NCBI GenBank assembly: GCA_018238155.1
Contig: JABCTZ010000033.1
Coordinates: 1 to 64,000, forward strand
DNA length: 64,000 bases
Reading direction: 5' to 3'
DNA from: Candidatus Heimdallarchaeota archaeon
GTDB taxonomy: Archaea; Asgardarchaeota; Heimdallarchaeia; JABLTI01
Below, piece by piece: positions 43,601-52,719 of this stretch (position 1 is its first letter; each line of letters starts with the position of its first letter). Under the pieces are notes generated by a model. The model saw only the letters and a program-made list of their open reading frames with translations. It had not been told where the DNA came from and made no database searches. Position numbers and translations under genes: made by a program.

Positions 43601-44143
43601 AGTAGCACCAAATTGAACTGTTGGCACAGAACCTGCTTCACTGATAAATAATTTGACATTATCTAAATCAATAGCGGAATATCTAAATGAAAACACATTA
43701 CTACCTTGTGGAAAAGTAACCAAACCATTATTACTTGGAGACATCCAAGAAACGGATGGATCAGGCACATATTCTTCTACTAAAACAAAGTTATGTGTAT
43801 TACTCCCACTTGATGTTGAACCTCCATGACTCCCTCTCTCATACCCCCCTCTCTCTGCTGTTAATAAGAAACTAATGGGTGGTATAGAAACAGAATAACT
43901 ACAAGTAACTGTATAATAACCGTTACTACTCGTAGTTGTTGTTCTCCGAATAGGTACTAAATCGTCATCAATTGTTAACACCACTGTTGCTCCCGAAAGA
44001 CCAACACCACTTGTATTCCTTACATATCCATGGAAATTCACTGAACCTCCATCAGCACTATCAACAAATACTAAACTAATATTACTAATAAAGCAAGCTA
44101 ATATAATCAGTGCAATTGCTTTTTTACTGTTTTTTAAACACAT
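40613..44143 (-). CDS. Large membrane-anchored surface protein, paralog of 24117-27062 with two extra Ig-like domains and a PT linker
   Basis: Colinear similarity (YDPPGD..STFTEQTEVTRTN, LVGPGYGD.YWGEREV, RFGVPIFRNTP, ITLDTDGDGYAPSEDDTPLVEI). Start 44143 has a GAGGT RBS. TM plus KKRNKK. Confidence 0.8.
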   Translation of the reverse strand: MCLKNSKKAIALIILACFISNISLVFVDSADGGSVNFHGYVRNTSGVGLSGATVVLTIDDDLVPIRRTTTTSSNGYYTVTCSYSVSIPPISFLLTAERGGYERGSHGGSTSSGSNTHNFVLVEEYVPDPSVSWMSPSNNGLVTFPQGSNVFSFRYSAIDLDNVKLFISEAGSVPTVQFGATFTTMGSSVSKTADLGASMDELHGMVRADLRGYVGSTKVSESTRTFNFSKQISSLSSKLDEGQMDLGSNLYLIIYDPPGDDSHSTFTEQTEVTRTNSFSVDVALGFEAELDASFFNIGAEAKFGLDFGYGFEYEWSNTDIDTLEMSSSINNDEKELVGPGYGDMYWGEREVFLWEIHCTETLYSDGVIVYSDPIIYFGIDYSENVLVSHQYAPEAWKQLNPNINTGLYDSMVAWDITNGEFQGGAGYIESTHEEISSSSMSHEFSIGVSYETTVKLGLGKTTISASIESSFKHDDSQTDSVKTTYYLHDDDSGDYFHYDMGTDMRFGVPIFRNTPTENPLLQSKSSTPWEYNTLDYLPPEAGEPVITLDTDGDGYAPSEDDTPLVEIEIADEADITTALIIYSDDGGAGWNTVNLLERLGDPDNWYGNLPGHEHGTTIEWHITVEDSNGNWIEIKNSNAGNFEYTVVCRPPEVTLDSPNLGGTFENSILIEWSGSDPDGDSLTYNLGYQIEGGGWVLIVQDLTNNSYVWDINGIADSQAVSLIVYAYDGYCALVSDECNFVFEIDNEDIPDVSLIYPLAGFTYDEVITISWVIDDPDEFIAGYELYYSVAIGEPVWVLIDDTISEDILTFDWDTTTVVYSSMVRLHIIALNTLTVDVDDSSGIFSIDNRPSISVDLLYPNGGEQIDDFCPISWDISKSDESITFEVLLEYTTDGETWYTIISGLETTTYLWNTHELSQGTNYRVRITVFGTFEGVALDSVDDISVVTFSIDPDYAAPIVSANGNIVLEFGDDSQTLVWIISDDNPENYTIKCDGLVILEDIAWSTLEETLSISLVGLSLGVYVYTIIVFDFWGQSNTQTVTVTVEDTTAPEISFLTPENNAIYNESETVHYTYEYSDEDTAITIELFLNETAIVDTGDIAFLSPGKYYLKIVATDTSGNIATDLISFTIVAPLTETPTPTPTTPTSITNIPILVYIIALLGATIGSTIMVKKRNKK

Positions 44144-44479
44144 TTCTTTTACCTCTGAAATAACTAATTTCTCCAAATTATTTTAAAACTAAGAGAAATA
44201 TAGTGGAAGCAATATATAATAATTTCTATATGGTTTTTTTCTTGAAATTAGATAATAATTATTGACTCATTCTATGATAATTATTAAAATAATCCAATTA
44301 GAATAGCATTGTTGAAAATTGGAGAAATCAGCTTGTTTAGTTAATTGCTTATAACATATTTTAACGATATTCTTGGAATTTCTGTGAATATTTTTACAAG
44401 AAAAAGCAAGAAATAATCAAAAAGCACTGATAAGCAGAATTGCCTAAATGGTATCCGAAAAAAGTATTTAATTGAATAC

Positions 44480-46669
44480 TTAGGACATCATTTCTTCTAT
44501 ACTCCTCTCTAACCATTTATAGAAAGTATCATTCGCTTGTAGAAGATTCATAATTTTAGTTTCATTTGTATATAGGTAATCTTTAATCTCTTTTGCAAAG
44601 GAATTCAATTTAGAAATTGAGTCATAATTCTCTTGGTTTGCTATCATTGCGAGATTTAAATCAGGGTTAACATTTTGGAAGAGGATAATATTATTTCCTC
44701 TAGTAATTGAAAAGTAGGGGACATGTGTTCCAAAGAGTTCGTTTCCGAAAGAGTTTATTGCAGCAATGAAATTTGATATAAGATGTTTATCCATCATTCT
44801 CTCATCGAACATCTTTGTGTATACTGCAATACCGGCATTATTCAATAATAGAATTAGTTTTATATCAGCTTTTCCAGGCTGAAATTCCGTTGGTAGTGCA
44901 ATAATTGCATTAAGCCCTTGATCAATAATATTAATGAGATGTGCAAGAGCAGTATCCTTATTGGTTGCAATTTCATTGAAAAGAGTTTGTCTTGGAAACT
45001 TTTCTTTCTTAGGTTGAGCGCCATCATTTTCTTTTTTCTCTGTAGAAATAGTCAAGATGAAGGAGAAGAGTTCACGAAGCATAGCGGTTATTTTAGTTGC
45101 TTCTTTGTTGGTTGTTTCCGGTATGGCGTCTAGATATTCTCTCGCAATTTGATAATTATCTAGAAGTATTTCGTAACTTGCTAACAACGCATTTTTGATT
45201 GCCAAATAATCTTCTCGCTCTAATTTACCAATGAATGAAAGAAGCTCTTTTAGACGTTTCTTGGAGGCATTTAGATAACGATTTCTTTTGGCCATTTTAT
45301 AAAATTGAAATTCAGTTAATGTTATATTGAAAAGTGCTGTTACGATGTTTAGATAATTGTTCTCTTTATTTACATAATAGAGGTACTCTGAACCCCATTT
45401 GGTTGCTTTTTCATAATTTATTTCTAAATCCGTATAGTAGTAAAGGTTCGCCCCTGCAAAATTTCCCATATTCTTTGGTGTTGGATTTTCTTCAGTTTTT
45501 TTTCGTAAAATTTCTAGATACTTTTTAGCAAGAAGAGGGTCCTCAAGGGAAATTGCATTCACTGCAACAGAATAGACTCTAAATGGTGTTGCTAGTTCTT
45601 CATTTTTCTCAATGAGATTAACAAGTTTCAGGAGCATTTCTCGAGCTTCATTAACTGCTTTGATTTCCATCTTAAGACTTATGAGATTACTTAGAGTAGT
45701 AGCAATTGATTGATGATCTTCTGATTCATCTAGAAATTCTAAACTCTTTTCAAATGCTTCAATTGAACGATCAGTGTCAATAATTGTAAGCATGACTGCA
45801 TAGTTGTGATAGAAATTTGATTTCCATTGTTTCCTTCCAAATACACTTGATAATAACGAAATTGCTTTCTCTAATTGTTGGACTGCTTTTTGTGGTTGAC
45901 TTGCAGAATAGTAGATATTAGCACTTACATAAGCTATTGTGCATTTCGAGAAAGTACTTTGAGCTTGTTTCAAAACTTTTTGGACATCATCTTCTTCGAA
46001 GAAACTTACTGCAGCATCAACATTAATTATTGAACTTAAGGTATTTGCATATGATAAAATCAAGAGGATAATCTGTTCAATTAAAAAGATGATTGGTTTA
46101 TCTTTTATCCAATTCAGAGATTGCTTCCAAATTTTCTCTGCATTCGAGTAGATTTCCTTCACTTTATCATAATCTTGTTTTTGTATATAATATCTTAGCT
46201 CAAAATCAAAACTTTGCAAGTCGAGAATGATCTTTGCTAATTTATCTGCAGAAATAAGGCGGTTGAAAGTTTGATTTCGCTCTTCATCAGACAAACGTGT
46301 AAGAGCAAGAACAGAACCAATATCTTCAAAATTGCCTTTATCAGTTTCGGACTGAATTTTAGAGAATTGTAACTCGTGTGATTTTGGAAAGAGTTCAATC
46401 AATTCAATGATCTTCCCCTTCCTTTCGGTATCTTGAGCAACTTGTGCAAACATTATGAAAACAAGAGAAGAAATGTCCTCGTTTTGATAGGTAGTAAGAT
46501 AGTCTAATAAACCAAAATAAAATCTTTCATAGATGTTTTCTAACTCTTTGTTGTTCTTTATTATCCTAAGAATTCCTGATTTCTCTACTGGTGAAATAAC
46601 AGCAAAGAGATCTTTGTATTCTATTGGTACAATATCTGTTGCATCAAAGCTCATTTTTTCAACACTCAT
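44480..46669 (-). CDS. TPR-like helical repeat protein with C-terminal longin/roadblock-like domain
   Basis: TPR-like YHNYA...AFEKSLE and IATTLSNL; C-terminal ILLLNNAGIAVYTKMF...LISNFIAAINSFGNELF. Confidence 0.7.
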   Translation of the reverse strand: MSVEKMSFDATDIVPIEYKDLFAVISPVEKSGILRIIKNNKELENIYERFYFGLLDYLTTYQNEDISSLVFIMFAQVAQDTERKGKIIELIELFPKSHELQFSKIQSETDKGNFEDIGSVLALTRLSDEERNQTFNRLISADKLAKIILDLQSFDFELRYYIQKQDYDKVKEIYSNAEKIWKQSLNWIKDKPIIFLIEQIILLILSYANTLSSIINVDAAVSFFEEDDVQKVLKQAQSTFSKCTIAYVSANIYYSASQPQKAVQQLEKAISLLSSVFGRKQWKSNFYHNYAVMLTIIDTDRSIEAFEKSLEFLDESEDHQSIATTLSNLISLKMEIKAVNEAREMLLKLVNLIEKNEELATPFRVYSVAVNAISLEDPLLAKKYLEILRKKTEENPTPKNMGNFAGANLYYYTDLEINYEKATKWGSEYLYYVNKENNYLNIVTALFNITLTEFQFYKMAKRNRYLNASKKRLKELLSFIGKLEREDYLAIKNALLASYEILLDNYQIAREYLDAIPETTNKEATKITAMLRELFSFILTISTEKKENDGAQPKKEKFPRQTLFNEIATNKDTALAHLINIIDQGLNAIIALPTEFQPGKADIKLILLLNNAGIAVYTKMFDERMMDKHLISNFIAAINSFGNELFGTHVPYFSITRGNNIILFQNVNPDLNLAMIANQENYDSISKLNSFAKEIKDYLYTNETKIMNLLQANDTFYKWLERSIEEMMS

Positions 46670-46861
46670 TTTAAAGATAACTTGAATTCAACTCTACACA
46701 TTCTAATTTCTTTCGAACCCTAAATTAAAGTTCTTTAGGTAAAGCTATTTTAGTTGAAATTACAGTTCATTTTTGACTTCAGGTTCACATTTTTTTTGGT
46801 TTAATTTTATTTAAACAGTTCTTCTTATATCATAAATAATAATTATTTCTAGAAATAATAT

Positions 46862-47105
46862 TCCAATATAGTTCTAATCTCAGAGAAAGAAATTGAAAAA
46901 CCAATACTTGAATTTCCTTGTGATCTTTTTATCTTCTCTCAAGAGAAAGCAATTGAACTACTCAAAGCAAGTAATTTCATACTCAAAAATGCATTGCTAA
47001 CTGGAGATATTTTGTTAGATAACTTAGCAATAACAGATGATTTGTTAGTAATATATAAGTCACATGCAAAACCTGTTCTAAATCAACTTAGTATAGTAGA
47101 TTTTT
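46862..47105 (+). pseudogene. Possible remnant of a minimal nucleotidyltransferase (C-terminal half)
   Basis: SNIVLISEKE...CDLFIFSQEKAIELL...ILKNALLTGDILLDNL, in frame with track ORF 46994. No start codon or GS motif. Confidence 0.3.
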
Positions 47106-47973
47106 ATCCGATAAACTTAATTGCAGATTCCACTGTCTTTCTAGTTTTTGTTTCTTCACTTTTAAGCCAAATTTGTAAAATTTCAAGTATGCTTCTCAAC
47201 AATTTGTCAGGTAAATCTCTTACTAATTTTGACCTTTTAACAATATCACAGAATAATTTTATTATCGTATAATCTTTAGAATTGCTGTACTTTTCGAAAT
47301 ACCTAACTACTTCTTCAGGATTCACCCTAAAACCCAATGTTCCGACTATCCATGAATTTGCATCAAGAACAATTTTTCGACTATCCGAGAATGAAGGTTC
47401 AATTGCCTTAAAACATTTTACCACATCTCTTTCATCTTTTGTTAAAAAGAAGCCTCTACCGAGGACTACAATTGCTAATCGTCGTACCCATTGATTTTCG
47501 TGAATAATTAATGGACTCAATTTTTCCAGATATTTGTTATAATCCTTTGCAGCATATTCCTCTAAAGAATATCCCGCCCAATTGTCAATATCATTCCAGT
47601 TTAAACACAATTTAGCATTTTTAACTATTATTTCAAAATGAGCTTCTGGATCTCTATCATATATCTGTCCCATAATAAACGAACTAATTTCTCTTACTGA
47701 AGAATTCTCTATTTCCCATAAACTATCAATGAATTCTAAGTATGTTTTGAGAGTAATAGTTTCATTTTTCAAAATCTCTATTGCAATATATTTAGTAATG
47801 TCTTTTTCAGGTTCATCGAATTTTGTTCTAAAATTTGTTTTTGCAATGAACTCTACTACATTGTCTCGAGCATCTTTTGAATTTGAATTAGCCAAATTAG
47901 ATACTATTTTTACTATTTTTTCCTTTTCTATAAAATATCTCTCTATATCTTTCGAGGAAACTTTCAATTTCAT
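47104..47973 (-). CDS. DNA alkylation repair protein (AlkD-like HEAT repeat)
   Basis: LWE...VRE, NWNDID, ENQWVRRLAIV, ANSW. Confidence 0.7.
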   Translation of the reverse strand: MKLKVSSKDIERYFIEKEKIVKIVSNLANSNSKDARDNVVEFIAKTNFRTKFDEPEKDITKYIAIEILKNETITLKTYLEFIDSLWEIENSSVREISSFIMGQIYDRDPEAHFEIIVKNAKLCLNWNDIDNWAGYSLEEYAAKDYNKYLEKLSPLIIHENQWVRRLAIVVLGRGFFLTKDERDVVKCFKAIEPSFSDSRKIVLDANSWIVGTLGFRVNPEEVVRYFEKYSNSKDYTIIKLFCDIVKRSKLVRDLPDKLLRSILEILQIWLKSEETKTRKTVESAIKFIG

Positions 47974-48095
47974 GATTAAATACTTCCGTTTGTTTTTTTT
48001 ATTATGTGAATTATTAACAATTGATATGGGAGATAACCAAAACTATTCAATTAGATTTCAATTATTTCTAATTGTTCTTTTTCTTAATTAGAATT

Positions 48096-48297
48096 CTATT
48101 ACCACATACCAAATAACAGCAACCACTTATTGACTAAAATCTAAAAACAATAACTATAATTCTAACTCAAACATATATATAACCAGAAATTACTCTTATC
48201 ATTTAGTGCATCATAATGGGTTTAATTGATTTTCTAAAAGGTTTATTCAATGAAGAAAATAAGAATAGAACTTATTTCACAATACTGTTTTCTGTAA
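48096..48297 (+). repeat. Imperfect direct repeat, copy 1 (decayed fragment of the 61.6-63 kb membrane-protein gene)
   Basis: Aligns with 61693-61895; 52-bp identical core 48227-48278 = 61825-61876. Confidence 0.9.
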
Positions 48298-48306
48298 GTT
48301 ATTTTA

Positions 48307-48576
48307 CTAATGATTTTCGGTTGGTTCGGGCCAAATATATTCCGAAACCTCTTCACCACACTTGCTACATTTAGCAATTTTTATCATTGTTACATCAGTA
48401 TATTCAAAGTTGAATGTTAATCCAAGATCACAAAGAATATCCAAATTACAATATTCGCATCTATAATATTTTCTAGGTTTTTCTAAATTCGTAGGCCACA
48501 AATAACTTGAACAAGACATACAGATGCTACGGTTATCGCACATTAAATGATTTCCTCTAACAGTCATTGCAATCAA
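48307..48576 (-). CDS. Small Cys-rich zinc-finger protein
   Basis: CMSC, CEYC and CSKC plus additional Cys in 89 aa. Confidence 0.55.
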   Translation of the reverse strand: MIAMTVRGNHLMCDNRSICMSCSSYLWPTNLEKPRKYYRCEYCNLDILCDLGLTFNFEYTDVTMIKIAKCSKCGEEVSEYIWPEPTENH

Positions 48577-48699
48577 TCTCTCTTAATGTAAATATTATAA
48601 TAGGGAAATGTAAATAAATATTATTGAATGTAAATTTGTTCTTGAAATGATTCCATTAATCACAAAATAAACAAATATGATTTCGAATGTGAAATTAAA

Positions 48700-51600
48700 T
48701 CACTCTTTCTCTGAGCTTTTTTTCTTTTTTGGAAGATGAATAGAAAATGTTGTTCCTTTTCCTTTCTCACTATTTAGAATTATCTTACCATTATGAGCTT
48801 CAACAATTTTCAAGGCTATTAACATTCCAAATGATTTATACTTTCTGGTTTTCCAAGACTCTCTAATTTCGTCTTGTGTTTTTTTATTCATGCCAATACC
48901 ATTATCGCGAATGTGAATAATGTGTTCTTCATTATTTTCTTCAGCAAATACTTCTACTTTGGTTGCTTGGGCATGTTTAAGCACATTCATCATAATATTC
49001 TCAAATACTTGACCTAATTTCGTAGGGTCAGATTTTAGTTGTGGTAAATCCCGAATAATAATTTTCAGATTAGAATCAGCAGCGGAAATATTTTTAGCAA
49101 TTTTTTTGATTAATTCATTTAAATTAACAACTGATAATTCACCCAATATTTCACCTTTCGTTGCAAGAAGTAAAAGTTTTTCAAGAAGTGCATGTAAATC
49201 ATCTATTTGGTCGATTATCATTTCAGAATACTCAGATTCACTCATTTCCACCAATGACATTATAATCTGTAAACGCCCCTTTATATCATGAGAAACAGTA
49301 CTAGAAAATGATTCAAGTTCATCTTTTTGTTTATGCAATTCATTTTGTTTTAACACAAATTTTTCTTCTGCATCCTTGATCTTGGAAATGTCTGTTACTA
49401 CTGCGAATCTCCCTGAAATATTGCCATCAGAATCATATAGTGTCATTGGTTTAACTAATGTTGGAATTTGTGAACCATTTTTTCTAGTCCAATACATTTG
49501 GTAAGGTTCAATTAAACCAAGATTTCGTTTTTCGATTTCATTATCACGTAATTTCATGTTTATTGGATTAAGAAAATCTGTCACAGAAAACCCAATTATT
49601 TCTTCTTTAGAATAGTCTAATATCTCACAGAATTTATCGTTTACATAACTAAAAACACCATTTAAATCAGCAATGGCAAAACCATCATTCATGGAATCAA
49701 CCAATATACTATAACGCTTTTCACTTTGAACTAACTCTTCAATATCCATAGAACGTAACAATGCTACAGAAATTTGATTTACAAGTGTTACAATCAACTC
49801 TTTATTTCGAATATTATTTCCCTTTCTAAATGCAATTGTAATCCCGCCCATCAAGCGATCTTTATCCATAAGAGCAATTGTATAAGCCCGTTCAATTCCT
49901 AGAAATTTGATTAGAGAATCTCTAAGTTTATTTGATATATTTCCTTGGGAGATTTCATTTAGATTATGACTCAAAGGAATCAATTTTCTTTCCCGAAAAA
50001 TCATCATGGATTCTTTTGGAATATTTATAGACATTTTTTCCGGATTTCTACCAAGAATCTTTGACAGTCTTTTTATTTTCTTGTCTAATCCAAATAAGTT
50101 TTCCACGACAAAGGTATTTGAAATATTGTCATATGAATGAACAACAATATATGAATCCCCAATTATTTCCCTCATTTTCAACCCAATGAAATGATAAATC
50201 TCATGCTTTGATGTAAGTCTCACTAATTCATTTACAGATTCAGATAAAAATGTTAAATCATGAATACGTTTCCATTCTTTCTCTTGTGAAATTATTCTTT
50301 CTGTAATATCACTAAACATAATGACAATTGAACCAGGTTTATATTGAAAAGCTCTTATTTCAAAAGACAATGAAATAGATTTATTTTGATAATCTATTCG
50401 ATCAATTTCCCAGACACCACCGTTTTTAGCAACTTTTAGAAACTCATTTGGAATTACAGTACCTTTCAAATTCGGAAATGCTTTGTGAATAGTTTTGCCT
50501 ACCAATTTTTGATGATCAAAGTCCATAATTTGATCTGCAGCAGGATTGCTTCCTTTGAAAATTAAATTTTCCTTGGAATCCAAATCATACATAAAAACAC
50601 CAATGGGAGACAAATCAAATATTTTTTGAAGATGCTCTTCTCTTCTGTGTAATTCTTGATTGATATGTTTATGAATTTTCGATAATTCTTGGGCTTTCGT
50701 TTTTTCCTCAAGATAATTAATATTTGATATCTTTAGGTTTTCAATTAGCCTTGCGTTCTCAATACCAATAACTGAAACATTTGCAAATGTCGTTAGTAAA
50801 TTTAAATCACTTTCAGTAAATGATTTGGGAATAAAATTCTGAAAGATCAATACACCAATTATTTCACCAGTAATTTTCATTGTAACATAAATGGCAGATT
50901 TTACTTGTTGTTTGGAGGTATCTCTTTGCGGGTACTCAATTATCTCTCCTTTTTCATTGAAAGTATAGCTGGTTTCAACTCTAGAGAGACCTTTACCTAA
51001 ATCTTTGGGGTAGTATATTTCACCTGTGCGAATTGCTCTACTTTGTGTAACTTTACTTATTTCTTCTAAATGTATTGGAGGAAATTTGGATACATCCAAC
51101 TCATTCCCTTCCGCTATTCCGAATTTAGCTGTGAATATTTTATTCTTATTATCATATGATGAAACAATGAATGTTGTTGCATTTATAATTTTCAACGAAT
51201 AAGTGTATATTGTTCGATAAACTTCTTTAAAATCTTGAATTTCTCCAAGCATAATTGCTAATTCATTGATTGTATCTTGTTGGTTAATAAATCTCTGATT
51301 AAAACTTTCTTTTAACTTAATACTTGTCAAGTCCACTATTGTAACTAATATTTTATGAGAGGGAATAAAATTACATTGAACTCTAATCCATTTGCTTTCA
51401 TTAGCTAATTGAGTGGTAAAATTAACTTCTTGATTGATTGCTTTTTTACAACTAAAACAATTTTTAACTAAATCAAGTAAAATCGGATTGTTCTTATAAT
51501 ATTCCTTAGCAGTTATATCGAAAAGCTCTTCTTCAAATCTATTTGAGAAGTCAATTTCTGTGTCACTGATATTAATTAAGAGAAAATTATTACCAATTTT

Positions 51601-52077
51601 TTCCCACAGCACCATTGGAATAGGAGAATGTTTAATTTGTATTTTATTCTGTATTTGAATTTCTTTTAAAGAATCCTTCATACGTTTTCTAGATGCAACA
51701 CGTTCTATTAAATTTAGTAATTCGCGAAATTGGGTATCTGTATCTCCAGCTTTATAATGATAATAAGATGCTCCAAGATTTAATGCTAGAATAGCAATCT
51801 CCTCTCTTCCTCTACTGGTAAAAACTATTAAAGGTATTTCACTATATAATTTCTTAACTTTTCTAAGAAACTTTAAGCCGTCCATTTTTGGCATTTGATA
51901 ATCAGAAATAATGACATCAAAATTCTGTTTTTTGAGTATTAATAAAGCTTCAATTGTAGAAGATACAGTAGTTATTTTTAAATTCTTTCTAATCTTCATT
52001 AAGCATGATTTTGTTAGCTTAAGAAAGCTAATATCAGCATCCACCAATAACAACTGGATATCTTCCACTATAATCAC
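48700..52077 (-). CDS. Hybrid sensor histidine kinase REC-PAS-GAF-PAS-GAF-PAS-HisKA-HATPase
   Basis: REC DVIISDYQMPKMDG; H-box SHDIKGRL; N-box FENIMMNVLKHA; G1 DNGIGM; GKGTTF. Confidence 0.9.
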   Translation of the reverse strand: MIIVEDIQLLLVDADISFLKLTKSCLMKIRKNLKITTVSSTIEALLILKKQNFDVIISDYQMPKMDGLKFLRKVKKLYSEIPLIVFTSRGREEIAILALNLGASYYHYKAGDTDTQFRELLNLIERVASRKRMKDSLKEIQIQNKIQIKHSPIPMVLWEKIGNNFLLINISDTEIDFSNRFEEELFDITAKEYYKNNPILLDLVKNCFSCKKAINQEVNFTTQLANESKWIRVQCNFIPSHKILVTIVDLTSIKLKESFNQRFINQQDTINELAIMLGEIQDFKEVYRTIYTYSLKIINATTFIVSSYDNKNKIFTAKFGIAEGNELDVSKFPPIHLEEISKVTQSRAIRTGEIYYPKDLGKGLSRVETSYTFNEKGEIIEYPQRDTSKQQVKSAIYVTMKITGEIIGVLIFQNFIPKSFTESDLNLLTTFANVSVIGIENARLIENLKISNINYLEEKTKAQELSKIHKHINQELHRREEHLQKIFDLSPIGVFMYDLDSKENLIFKGSNPAADQIMDFDHQKLVGKTIHKAFPNLKGTVIPNEFLKVAKNGGVWEIDRIDYQNKSISLSFEIRAFQYKPGSIVIMFSDITERIISQEKEWKRIHDLTFLSESVNELVRLTSKHEIYHFIGLKMREIIGDSYIVVHSYDNISNTFVVENLFGLDKKIKRLSKILGRNPEKMSINIPKESMMIFRERKLIPLSHNLNEISQGNISNKLRDSLIKFLGIERAYTIALMDKDRLMGGITIAFRKGNNIRNKELIVTLVNQISVALLRSMDIEELVQSEKRYSILVDSMNDGFAIADLNGVFSYVNDKFCEILDYSKEEIIGFSVTDFLNPINMKLRDNEIEKRNLGLIEPYQMYWTRKNGSQIPTLVKPMTLYDSDGNISGRFAVVTDISKIKDAEEKFVLKQNELHKQKDELESFSSTVSHDIKGRLQIIMSLVEMSESEYSEMIIDQIDDLHALLEKLLLLATKGEILGELSVVNLNELIKKIAKNISAADSNLKIIIRDLPQLKSDPTKLGQVFENIMMNVLKHAQATKVEVFAEENNEEHIIHIRDNGIGMNKKTQDEIRESWKTRKYKSFGMLIALKIVEAHNGKIILNSEKGKGTTFSIHLPKKKKSSEKE

Positions 52078-52222
52078 TCATTTGAGGTATTTTCTTAGAC
52101 TTGTGAATTATTGTAAGCATTAATCAATTGATTTTTCTATTGTGGTATGAATCCAATAATTGTCTGCAAATTATTGAGAGAATCATTTTTCTTAAACAGA
52201 TTGAAAGTAATTATTTAAAATT

Positions 52223-52573
52223 TCACATATTAACAGCATATTCTTTCATTTTTTCGATAAGAATATTTTTTCGGATAGGTTTTTTTAAAACTTCCTTTGC
52301 TCCTGCATCAAGAATTTCATTGGTTTTTGAAGAATAAGCTGTAATTGCAGCAATTTTTGCCTTAGGATTTATTTTTAGTATCTCTTTAGTAGCCTCAATT
52401 CCATCCATCTCAGGCATAAGAATATCCATTAGAACAATATCAGGTGAATATTTCCTATATAATTCAATAGCTTCAATGCCGTTTCTTGCTTCTATCGTTT
52501 CATATTCTTCCAAGATAAATCGAAATATCGACCTCAACTTTTCATTATCATCTACGATTAATATAGTTACCAT
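52223..52573 (-). CDS. Single-domain response regulator (CheY-like)
   Basis: ILIVDD, PDIVLMDILMPEMDG, ITA, KKP. Confidence 0.9.
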   Translation of the reverse strand: MVTILIVDDNEKLRSIFRFILEEYETIEARNGIEAIELYRKYSPDIVLMDILMPEMDGIEATKEILKINPKAKIAAITAYSSKTNEILDAGAKEVLKKPIRKNILIEKMKEYAVNM

Positions 52574-52719
52574 AATATTCCTATCCTTTCACTTAATAAA
52601 TAAAGAATCTAGTTAATAGGTATTTTGGGTTAAGTAAAAATTTTGTTAATCAAATAAAACAATAGATTTTAGACTTGTGACCCTTGTAAAACAGTAGATA
52701 AGATGGACAGATAAAAAAA

